A model generated the notes under the pieces. That model was not told the origin of the DNA, did not search any database, and saw only the letters and a list, made by a program, of their open reading frames with translations. Source: Cercozoa sp. M6MM (taxonomy: Eukaryota; Protista; Endomyxa: Ascetosporea). From it: DNA of 64,000 nt. The stretch lies in NCBI GenBank assembly GCA_040357565.1, contig JBDODJ010000004.1, one strand, 5' to 3'. Within the stretch, counting starts at the first letter, position 1. Each line of letters starts with the position of its first letter. The position numbers and the translations under genes were made by a program. Below are positions 45,554 through 57,125 of this stretch, one piece after another.

Positions 45554-47039
45554 TCAAGATCGCTCGGGTCCGCACTTTAACAACAGCATCCAGTTGAAAA
45601 GTTGAACAGACCGATCCAGGAAACTACGGTACCCGAGCCACGAGAGAAGCGAATGCAGCACGCGAGAACAAACGCGCAACGCCAAGCGAATGTCCGCTGT
45701 CTGTCGAAAAAAACAAGTTCGGCCTGGCACAAAAACAGGTTGAGGAAGTCACATACCAGCGGACAAAGTAGATGATGGATGTCGTTCAGTTCCAAGTGGC
45801 GGTTCGTCGGCATGAACCCTTTGATCTCCGCATAGGCCCACTGTGCACATATGTGTAACCATTATTAGAGCAGGGTGCAGGTGGCAGTGTAAACTACTGG
45901 AGGCACGTTCCAGTCTTGCTCGCTGTTGATTGCCGCAACATCCTGTGTGCAATGTTAACACAGTGACAAGCAAGGAGACCACAGACACATGTCAAACTAC
46001 TGCACCACTCCATGCACCTGCTCGCGTGCAACAGCGTGCTCTAGCCCTGCGTAATCCGTAACGGCGAACCAGGAACGCCAGAAAGGACCCAGGTAGGCCG
46101 GGTACAAGTCCGGGTCACTGTCGTCGCGATCGAGACGCACCTCGTGGAAGTACTTTTCGTGCCGGCGAGCCAACCCATCTTGTCCCTACAGAATCCGAAA
46201 GTACGCACAAAATTAGACACACAAACTGAATTACAAAGTACCATGCGACGCAACTGATCGACCATGAGAACATCGATGCCAGCAGAGTGGCCCATCAGCA
46301 TAGCGATGTTGCCGAGAGCGTCGCCGCTTGGACTCATCTCGCGGAACAGCGCTGACACCGTGGGTGCCAGACTGGCACCTTGCGAGTGACCCATGAGTGC
46401 CACTGACGATGCGGGCAGCTTTGTTCGCTACAGTGCACGCATTCCGTACAATATAACTGCGGTGTAACATGCTTTTTGAGAAACCAAATCTTGACTGGTA
46501 CATCGATCACACATGTGGCTGCAGCGGCGGCATCGATTGCAAAGTCAGTCACCAGAAGTTTCTCGACGTTAGGAATCTAGGTTCGGTATGTAACTCTGCA
46601 TTCAATGGATCGTGTTGTAAACTACCTCGGTGGCATTGAAGGTGCGCTTGTCATAACGATAGACGAAAAAGCCGTATTCGGCGAATTTTACGGCCAGGTC
46701 GCGCAGTGGCTTTAGCGGACGGCCCGGCACGCCCGAGTCAACTGTAGAATCTCTGTCCTGCGATTGCATTGAGACTGAAAATTTATATTTCACAGCTTAC
46801 AACTGAACTGAACTCAATATGAGCACCTGCGGACCACTGCCGTGCAGAAGAACAACAGCGCCACGCGCGTCAGCGGTTGCCGGGTGCGTCAGCGTGCCGT
46901 GCAACACGAGGTCGCCAGACGCTGCCCCGATGGACATGCAGTCCATGTGCTCCGCACGAACGACGGCACTTGACCCAGCATCTTGACCGCTGGACAACCC
47001 GGCCGCAACACAACAGACAAGTATCACGGTGCGTAGCAT
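45554..47039 (-). CDS. Alpha/beta-fold serine hydrolase with putative signal peptide
   Basis: LHGTLTHP..AVVLLHGSGPQ|DRD, FVYRYDKR, nucleophile GHSQG, candidate Asp (SEQDWNVP) and His (IHHLL). Hydrophobic N-terminus MLRTVILVCCVAAGLSSG. Confidence 0.85.
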
Positions 47040-47354
47040 CCACTGGCCAGAGCTGAAGTCAATTGAGTTTATAACAGGCTTTAGAGGAAAAAACCGTGCT
47101 CGCAATTATTCGCTCTGAGGCACTGTGCAAGAATTCTTGTGTCTACTGTATGCGCTCATTTTTCGCTTCACTGAGCCGCGAAGATGTTCGACTTCGTCCG
47201 TTTTTGCCCCAAATTTGGTTCTTGGTCTCCTAACGATACTATCTATGCACTGCACGTTATGGCTCAAACTTTAAATTAGCAAGTTTTAACCAAAAATGCG
47301 AGTATTTTCGCTTTGTGGAACTTGTAAGTTTTAAATACAGTTGTCGACCAAGGG

Positions 47355-49589
47355 TATGAGAAGGAGCTTTTTACAGTCAGTGTGTCGATCGCGATACTCA
47401 AGCATCGACTGGACAGCCAGAGACCACGTCTAGTGCCTCGAAATCATTAATTGCATCAGGTCCCTGGCCTAAAGAGGCTCACAAACTCGCCGCATTTTTG
47501 GTTTTCGCCGTCGGGAAAATTCCCGAAATAACGCTGTCTTTGCACTATCCAGGATTCTGAACTTGAGACCGTTGCGTGTGAATGTTACGTAGCCTGTCAG
47601 GGCACTGGTTGAGCTCCATCGCGTTTTCAATCCTGATCGCCATACTCGCAGAGAGTGGTATCTTACATCACGCCATCGATCATTGGAGGCAAAAGCCATT
47701 GACTGCACCAGAGTTTAGCCCTTTGAGAGATCACCCGATAGGTGGCATTGTCTAGCTTGTAAAGTCTCAACCTATCTTTTATTCTTCATTCGTAGCACGC
47801 GAGATCGCGGTGGTTTGGCCCGTCAATAGGCATAGCGCAGGCGAGGTATGCGCTGCCGTTGTGGCGAGGCACTACCTCGAATTTCTCGAAAAAGACACCT
47901 TCAAAGGTACTACATGGTTCTTATGAAATCAAGCGAGTGGGAATTGATAGGTGTGGTGCTTTGAAAGAGAACCGAACGAGACACCGCTTTGTAATATTGC
48001 TGGGACCTCAAGACCTGTCCGGAGACGTAGACTTCGACCTTTCCGTCACATCCTTCGACGAAGACACACACGTGGTGGACCACGAGCTAAGTAGAGCAGT
48101 GCTCGACGCCTTTGATGACATCGTGCCTGTGGTACCCTTGTTTTTTCAATCCCTACCTTGTTGCGAGGTATCAATTCGCTCTTCTTTTATCTTTGAAAGG
48201 AAACTGCGCTGAGGGCAATAGACGATGTCAACCAAGTCTGGTTGCGCGACCTTACTCTCGGTGAGGCCGAAGGCGTGAACCTTCCGGCAGAAGCGCTTCA
48301 GCAGGCACACTTGACTTCGCTGGCCCCGTTCTTTCTCAAATACAAAGAGAAGCTTATCCTGTATCAGTCCAGTTTTCCCCCCTCCGCACTCTTCATCTAG
48401 CTCTACCGTGCTTAAGGACACCGCACGGACTGCCAGTGAAAGGCACACTTGTGTCTTCAGTGAGTTCTCTGCCGCAGTGCGCCGTCTGGGCGCCCCTTGT
48501 CGAGGTCTGTTTATTGGCTCTGGGCAGGGTTTAATCACACGCTACTGGTTCATCGTGTTGTGCAGGAATTTTCGCGCGAAGCTCTGGCACAGGACACGCG
48601 CGAGTTTCGTTCAGCGTCGGCGCAGTGGGATCGCTGGCCGTTTCGTTTCTCTGATGCGCTTCTGCGTGTGTCTTTGTACCTTCGGTTTACAGCCAGTTCT
48701 CCCCAGAGAATACAACTGCATCTTGTACCCACCCTGTCGTCGAAAAACCCACAGAAGTATTTTTCAGGGACGTGCAAAGTGGCTGGCTGGCAATACTGGC
48801 ACACCACTTGAACAACACTGCGACGGATGCGGATACTGTTGCTGACGTTCTTCGAGACGTGTTTGGCAACTCAATGTGCCTGCTACCAGCAACTCTCGGC
48901 GGTCGTCCGAACTCGCTCAGCGTCGCTGCAGGTGATGATGAGGTATGCTTGGTATTCTACGACCTTTCGGTATGCACAACAGAACAAAGTCGCGCTGTGT
49001 TTAAAATTTAGAGTGGTGTTCCAAAAACGCAGGATGTCGTGAGAGAGTCTTCATTTGTGCATTTGGCACTGCGCCCGTGGACATCGGAGGGATACGAGGT
49101 ACGTATGCATCAGCATTTCCCCCATAGTGTGATTCGATGTCCAATCTCCGCACTCTCCGACACAGTGGAGAAGTACTCTTCGGCGTGCTCGCTCACTTCA
49201 AGAGGCATTGCACACTGCGGCAGAGCGTGGTGCTGAGGTGTTATGCCTGATATTCAGCTTTACTCAACTGGAAGCGTTGGTGTGGTGCTGCTCAGCTGAA
49301 CGACAATGACGGCCTGGACGAGGTGTTGAGTAAAGCGCAACGCGTTCGAATGACAAACGCTGTCGCCGGGTCTGTTGGCCTGGGAAAGCAAGAGGGAGGG
49401 GGTGACTCGAGTCCGAAGGCAGAGAGTACGAAAGAAGTCAGCGATGTTGTCGTCACTGCCGCGATGCTGCATGACCTGTGGCACTCGCTTGCAAGTCGCC
49501 ACTGTGGCCGCCGCTTTCAGCTGCACCAGGAAGATCTCGAGACGGAACAAGAAGCAGAGGAAGCTGACGACTCTGTTCTGTGGATCTAA
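47355..49589 (+). CDS. Hypothetical protein, multi-exon; 5' end poorly defined
   Basis: Plausible exons at ~48010-48130, 48770-48943 and 49297-49589 (ends ...EAEEADDSVLWI*). No domain recognised. Confidence 0.4.
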
Positions 49590-49733
49590 AACTTCCCTCG
49601 GCACACCTATTTTTTTAGCGACAAGGAAACTAAACTGGCTGAATGACGGTCGGTTGCGATGTAACTCGACTGGGTTAACGTCAATTGGCTAGCATACGAT
49701 TTAAGGCTTGCTATAGTTACACGAGCACTAGAC

Positions 49734-52520
49734 TTAGTAATTAGCAGGTGGCGGCTGCATGTGCTGCGGCGGCATGTGCCCGTGGGGCTGCGGTGGCATG
49801 TGACCGGGCGGCGGCACACCTCCGGCCATCGGCTTTAAGCAAAACAGAACATCGATGGCAGCACAAAGACAGCACAGAGACAGGCAAGTAGGTATACCGG
49901 AGGGCCCATCTGCTGCGGCGGGAAGGCGCCGGGAGGTGGTCCGCCCATGTGCGGCGCCATCATGTGCGGCGGCGGAGGGCCCATGCCGCCTACGGTACAT
50001 GTGTGGATATGGAAACCATGGAACAACAAAGGTGCAGAGTGGAAGGCACCAGGAGGCGGAACACCCGGCACAGCGGCAACAGGAGGTCTCTGCTGCTGCT
50101 GCAGCATCATGGGCGTCAGCGGCATGAAGTCGACGTGCGGTCGTGGTTTGCGAATGGGCTGTGGGGCGGGGTGGGTAAGAGGGGCAGAAAGGGTGAAGCA
50201 GCACAGGTACCGGCGTGGGCAGACCGGCAGGACCAGTGTGAATGACTCGACGGGTCGGTGGGTACACTTTCTCCTCGCGCACATGCGCACTACAGGAACG
50301 GAAAGGGTAAGGAAAGAAAGAAGAAGGGAACCAGAGAGCAAACAGCACATATCGTAGACTTCGCCAGGCTCGCGCTTGTTCAGTGCCACGATGGGTTCTT
50401 GGAAGATGAGCGAAGTCGGTCCCATGTTGCGCAGCAAGTAGTCTACCTCAAACTGTACACGCAAGGTGTGCAACATACGCTATATATAATGCATTGTGAG
50501 CAGGGGTACCTGCTCGCCCACCAGCTGGGTGTACATGTCCCAAGTGATGGCCACAAAGGCGTTCGCTTCCGGGTCAAACGCCACTGGCTGCACAAGCACG
50601 GGAGATATATTCGTGTAAACAACATAGAGGGAGGGAGGGCGAGAGGGAACCTGCATCACGCGCGTACTGTTGTACATCTCGCTAACGTGCGCGTCCTTGA
50701 GTCGCATGGTAGAGGCCACCTGCGCGTGCAGTTTGGCGCCGCGCCACTCGCGTCCGTTGACGGAGGAGCAAGCCACACGCGCCGCCGACGGCGCATTAAA
50801 CTCAACGAAGGCATAGTCCTGCCCGACATGAGATCATCTGGCTGACCAAGAACAATCTGGGATAGGCAATACCTTGGGCCGGCCACTCTGACGGTCGAAC
50901 ACGACGCACGCCGCGCGCACGCGACCGTAATGCGAGAACAACTGCGGATGGAGGGGTAAATGGGCAATGTAGGGGGGGGGGGTAAGATAATTACAGCCAC
51001 GAGATCGTCATCGGTGCAGCCTTGGGGCAGTTGCGAGACGCACTGCATAAACATAAGGGTCCAAGGGAGACTACACAGGGTAGAGCAAGGGTGTACAAGA
51101 GTGCGCTCGCTCTTTTCTCCCTCAGGCTGCGCAGCCAGGTCGACACCCACCATGGCGCCCTGCACACAAGGCAATGTACGTATTACAAGAGCCTAGATGT
51201 AGAAGGTCCGCCTACCATATGGGCCAGGTGCTGCTGTCGCGCCTCTTCGGCATCTCGCGTGTACTGCACCTTGAGCAGGTTGCCTGCTCGAAGCCATTGC
51301 GTGTTCAACGCAACACAATCACACAGACCACACACAGACACACAGACACACAGACACACAGACACACAGACACACAGACACACAGACACACAGACACACG
51401 CACACACAGACACAGACACACATCAACACAGAGCGGAGAAAGGAGACACACCACGCACACTTCGGTTGCGCATGTTTTCTCGCGCCGTTTCCAACTACAC
51501 CAGAGGACAAATATAGGAGGTGCCAAGCTCGGAAGATGGGAAGCTGAGGATAGACTGTTGAGTACATGCTCGAGCGAGGCGTACGAGACGAACGCAAAGC
51601 CCTGCTTCATGCGCACATTCACTGTGTCGACACCTACGCACACATACGTTGGCAGGCAGGTAGGCAGATGGGCAGGAACGGTAGGCAGTTAAATGGGCAG
51701 GAACGGTAGGCAGTGAGGAGAGCAGGTAAGTGGGTACCAGTAAGTCGTCGCAGTGTCTGCTTCAAATCGTCGGCGGTCATGTTCTGCGGCAGGTTACCAA
51801 TGTACAGCGAGAACTTCGTCTGCGAGGCACGCGATTGATCTCTGCCCATGCACACAAGTATCAAGACTGCAGGCACACTGCAAAAGAGTGTTGGTGTACC
51901 GCGCATGCTGTGCCTTGACCGAGCACGCCTGACCCAAGATCATCATCGACGAGCACTCGCGCAGGCACCGGTCGCGCAGCTCCGGCCTACCCCCCCGCAC
52001 CTGCCGGGGGGGGGGGGGGGGGGGGCGCCCCTAAGGACAAAATACGATCCGAATGTAACGAAACCGTAGCGCTTCGACATACCTGTGAGTACAAGAAATT
52101 TCAGTGTCCAATATACAAAAACAAGAGATAGGGAGATAGGGCACATACCGGCACTGTCACGAATCACCTTGGCATGAACAACGTGACCCACGCGTTTTTC
52201 GAACGCCTGCTCAAAATGAAGCATCATGTACACACCAAAGAAACGACGAGCAGCGGTTTACCTCAATCATGGCCTGCTCAGTGATGCTGTCTGGCAGGTC
52301 GCCGACAAAGACGGTCTGCGGCGTCAGGTGCGAGTACGGGTCATGAGCTGCCGCCTGCTGCTGCTGCAGCATCTGCTGCTTCTACGAATAGTGACATAAT
52401 TACACACATCACCTTACAAGGCCAGACACATGGTTCACAGCGACCTGGACCAAAAATATTACAAAAACACTTCCCTACCTGAGCAGCGGCCATATCGGCA
52501 GCTGTGATGCCCTGGTTCAT
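49734..52520 (-). CDS. Multi-RRM RNA-binding protein (at least 3 RRMs, RBP45/Nam8/TIA-like) with Pro/Met/His/Gln-rich tail
   Basis: RRM1: VFVGDLP...AKVIRDSA|GMSKRYGFVTF. RRM2: LYIGNLP...KQGFAFVSY. RRM3: VSQLPQGCTDDDL...YAFVEF. Confidence 0.85.
51325..51421. repeat. (CACAGACA)n 8-bp tandem repeat in an RRM-gene intron
   Basis: Direct inspection. Confidence 0.9.
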
Positions 52521-52874
52521 TTTGCCGCACGTGCAAACACCTACTGCCTTGTTTACACCCAGGATTTAGGATAACACTTTATTTTAATCTTTAGGAAATT
52601 TGGACTTGAGCTGTCCCGCACCCAAAACCAGCGCCGTAGACCGCCCGGCCATCCGACCAGCCTTACATCATATGCCGTGGTTTACTGTAGCACCAAGTGC
52701 TGTACCATTCGGCCGGGCATTCACTTCTTCAATCTTCCACTTTTAAAATACCCTGCTGCTTTTCCAACGTATTACTTGTACAGTGACGGAAGTTCTATGA
52801 TCTTTACGGCGTGGTTGAGAGCCATCATCGTCGCGTGAGAACTCGGGGGGGGGCGGGCGGGGGTCGGTCAGGGT

Positions 52875-53369
52875 TTACTTCTGCTGCGAGACGTAGTTGT
52901 GACCCGACGAGTCGACCCCACTGGCGTCAATTTCGTCGGATTCGCGCGTCTCCAAGGCCACCGGAATTTGCTTGGCACTGCGCGCATATGCACGTGTTTC
53001 AACGCATTCAGGCGGACAACAGGTTTAGGCAAGCTTAGATAAGGTAGCAATACGCCTCAAGTTCGCCAGCCGTCTGATAGCCCATTGGGTGAAACGCGAC
53101 GGCAGAGTATGCGCATTTCTGACAGTGTTGTTTAATCTTTCGCGGCATATCCTTATCCGGAATGGCGTAGAATGGCTCCGTGGGACGCAGTTGCTTGCTC
53201 TGATCATACGGTGTCACTCATTGAAACCGTCGCGGTTTACACCGGCGAGAGAACAACTTACGCAGCGCTTGCAGGTCCAGCAACGGTAGTGGTAGAACTT
53301 GCTGAGTGCGTTAATCTGGCCATGAGCAATGCCAAGGGCGCATTCATGGCATCGTGGGGTAGAGGGCAT
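52875..53369 (-). CDS. Small single-LIM-domain protein, 3 exons
   Basis: MPSTPRCHECALGIAHGQINALSKFYHYRCWTCKRC|SKQLRPTEPFY...KQHCQKCAY gives the LIM pattern C-x2-C...H-x2-C-x2-C-x2-C...C-x2-C. Confidence 0.8.
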
Positions 53370-53598
53370 CTGCCAACAACATAAACCGTGCAACAGTCAC
53401 CAGAAAGAAAAAATAACATAAGAATGTGCACTAACCGAGTCGACAACTATACCCTGAAAGCTTAGACTAAAGTTGAGCGTTTTAATGGGAACGGATGCGT
53501 AGTTAGAGCTCTCTAGAGGAAATTCTCCTTTCGCACGCGTTCAGAAAAGCAGAAAGTGGCACACATGTACCAAATATAAAAGGAAATTTCATTGGAGA

Positions 53599-55620
53599 AT
53601 GAGCGCATCTGCACAAAATTTAGTGGGCTGGGGCTAGAGCTGGCATCGGTTTTAACGTTTGCAGCTAGTCTTTGGGTCCGATCTCTGCTTGAACTGTCGG
53701 CTCGGGAAATACTTCCACACCGAGATGGGCGACCACCCGTGTACGATGGTTTTACCCGGTTACCGCTTCCTGTTGCGCGTGTCTTGCTTTAACCATAATT
53801 CTGTTTGCGTAGTCTTCTCGGTGGAGCCTGTGCGCGAAGGTTCGCGAGTGCGATGGCGTACTATGCTCTCTCCCCCATATGCATTTCTAGATGTTTGGTT
53901 TGTGTCGAAATCACGTGCAGGTTTATACACGCTGCACGAGAAGAAACGTGTCTTGTTTGAGCACGATCTGGAGACGCCGCAGTCTGACAGTGATGTAGCA
54001 CTGTTTCTCTCAATTTGCACGTAGTCTTTTGATGGTGTCGACCCTGTGAGACGCAGATAGCCGAGTCATTAGAAGATATCTTGGCCGACCCGCTTGCACT
54101 GCGGCACTTGTACCCTCTCTTGTCTCCTCTCCTGTCTGTCCTGAACACTACTTGTGTGTGTGTGTGGGTGTGCAGTCACCAGGTGCTGCAACGCAGTGCG
54201 TGTGATGAGAACCTTCTCTTCTACCGCGATGGTACTGCTTGTGACTTTGAGCAGCGGCCGTTTTACCGATGCATTAATGGTTTGTGCAGCACTGTGTTAC
54301 GAACGACTGGCCTTGTTCTGGAAGAAGGTATCCTGGCTAAGCAATAATGCTAAAGTAGAACAGAGGGAGAGATTGTCATCCTTGTAGAACAAGGAGGTCG
54401 AGCGCAGTGCGTCTCCGTCGATGGCACTCACTTTCGTGTCACCGTAACTCTACCGTTTCTCCTTCTTGATGCCTTTGATGCCTTTGATACCCTTCGATAC
54501 TCTTTTACATTTTCTCCCACTTTAGCACGAGCAGCGAGACGAGCAAGGAAAACGATCGAGACAGCCCAGACAAGCTGCCTAGTGTCGTGTCATCCTACAT
54601 GGTATCTGAACCCTGTGTCCCATGCAACCTTACGCACGCCTTGTGATATGCCAATATGTTGGTGTGCGTACTGCAGGCACCACTATCGACAGTGAGCGAG
54701 TCTTGTAGTTCGTCTCAACAGTCGCTTCACTCAGAGGCACCACCATCGGTCGAGTTGGACGGCACCGACGACGGCGGCTACTCGGGCGAGTCGCTCACCG
54801 AGCTGGCGCGCTTCATCTTCGAAACCTACCTGTTTCCGGACGCGCCTCTCAAGGTCAACGTTTCTGCTGGTACACTTCTGGCACCCTACTTTACCCTTCC
54901 TTCCTTGCACGCAAGCTGCTGCACTTCTACATTTGCGTACGTGTGTATGTATACAGCCTCAATCAACAAGCTGCTGGCCAAGCAGGCGGCGACGGATGGC
55001 TTCACCTTTGCCGATCCCTTTATTTTCACGGGTGTGGCACGCGAGGTCTACCAACTCATGTGTACCTTGTCTCTGTCCGTGTCTCTGTTCTGCTATCCAA
55101 ATGTATGGTACATGCGTGCATGTCAATGGCAGACATGGACTCGGTGCCGCACTTTTTGCGGTCAAAGGAGTTTGAAAACTACCGTCGGCACCGCGAGCAC
55201 CTCGCCAATGTCGGGACTGCTGTCGATAGGGTAGCTCGAGTACTTGGAAGCAGCAAAGTGTACATGTGCGTGCACTATGTGCGTGCATTTTGTATGTGTG
55301 TGTGTGTGTATCCACAGGAACTCGGCTGGACAGGCGCGATCGCGATGCCAATCGAGTACGAGTTTGAAGGCGAGCGGACACCAGACGCGCCTGCTTGCAC
55401 AGTCGACACCAGCGGCGGCACTCGTGGCTCCATCATGCTCACGAACACTGCTCGCAAAAGCAGGCGGTCGCCCTCGTTATCGCCTATGCTGATGGCTCGG
55501 GTACCTCTTGTCCTTCACGCTCCCGCCTCCAGTCTAAGCATGCCTGGGCAGGTCAAATCGCCAACGATCCGTTCGCTCATCCTGCGCGGCGGCTCGGACG
55601 CGCATGACGATTACCTGTAG
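53599..55620 (+). CDS. RGS-domain protein (RGS box interrupted by a Ser-rich insert)
   Basis: SLEDILADPLALRHL|HQVLQRSACDENLLFYRD ... ARFIFETYLFPDAPLKVNVSA ... FTGVAREVYQLM..DSVPHFLRSKEF. Confidence 0.8.
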
Positions 55621-56157
55621 GACGCATGCACACTCACAACTGTACCACACAGCAAGCTTGGGGATTCGGAACTCCCCTCTCTGTACATACACACTGGTCG
55701 ACATTGACTGGAACACTGACACTGCCAGACACTGCCAGCTATCCCCAGTGCGAGTATTTAACCCGAAGCGGTCGCAAACCGCTAGAAGCGAACACGCGAC
55801 GCCTGCAGTGCGGACGAGACGGCTCGAAGACGGTTGACGTCAGCAGGAGTTCTAATCGACTTGACTGAATCACGTTAACCTCACGGACTGAGTCGTAACT
55901 TAAGTGTCGATATGAAATGACCAGTGCGTGTCGAGCGTACTCAGTGGACTCGACGCGTTCCGTTCTTTAGTTGTGCGGCCCTCCTTCGGCCTTCTGCAAA
56001 TGGTTCGTTCTCTAACAGTCACATCGGTCTCCAAATGTTGACGCTACTCGAGCGGCATCTGTAATTTACTGCACTGTAAAAAAACAAGAACTGTAAAAAC
56101 AAGAGGCACTACGAAACGATCGGAAGAGTGCCAGCGTGGTTCACTCAACTGTGCACA

Positions 56158-56985
56158 ATGTCGGACAGGCCTAGAGTCGATGAAAGCGCCTTAGCGCAAT
56201 TCGAATGTGTTTTTGAAGTCAATGTCGACGAGGCAATCGCTCGAAACATGGTCAGACCGATCTACTTTGCCCTTGTGGCTGCGACTCACATCAAAAAGTT
56301 CCCCACTGTGGTACGTCTGTTTGCTTTCGCGGAGCCTGCCCCCAGAAAAATAACACCTTGCTGTAGGAGAATGCACCGCGGTTGTTCCAAGAGAGGGCGG
56401 TGGCTAGTTATACAACTGGCACTGAATTGGCGCAGCATGTATGTGCCGTTAGCACTATACTAAGACAGCCAAGGTACACTCATGCATCTGAATACACTGA
56501 TCCAGCTTTATCTGTCCGCAGATGCAAGCAGTTAGTGGAGTCGCTGCCGGGCACGTACTACTGGGCACTCTTGACGGCTTTTATGGCATGCTTCTACAAG
56601 TACGTCCACGCACACTCACGATGCACAAATCAACTCCACATTTTAATTTTTCTTCGCAGAGCACGAGAGCTTCGTAGAAAAGGCATTGATGTTGCCGAAG
56701 ACCTCTGCGACACTGACTTGTACCTCGCGTGCTTTCCGCCCACTGAGTCGAGAATCTTTGCACTGGCGCGTGCACAGTTTCTTCGCTCCCTCGGTACACT
56801 TTTAACACGCTACAACTAACATGTGACATATCTGTGTTGACTTGTGCTCTACGGTAGGCAAAGATGACATGGCGAGCTTGCTCATGTCGCCACTGTCGCC
56901 GAGTGATTTTGACGGCATTCCGCGCGCGCAGGCAGTGCTGCTGGAGGCTACTGCCGCCGCCACTAAGGCCAACGACGCTCTGTAA
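56158..56985 (+). CDS. Small hypothetical protein, 5 exons
   Basis: In-phase GT-AG exons from MSDRPRVDE... to ...TKANDAL*. Confidence 0.55.
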
Positions 56986-57125
56986 GCAGGTGCCACTGCA
57001 CCCAGTTACCTAATTCGAGTTATCCAGTAGCTTATAACTAACTCAGCTCACACGGCGCAGTGACATACGGTACCGTCCGGTCTTTGATGATCGGATATCG
57101 TACGCGTGTTAATTACATTGGTTAA

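Noticed and set aside
47100-49589. Lower-GC stretch as a mobile element or foreign insert
   Set aside because: No transposase or RT motifs and no terminal repeats. It looks like an intron-containing orphan gene.
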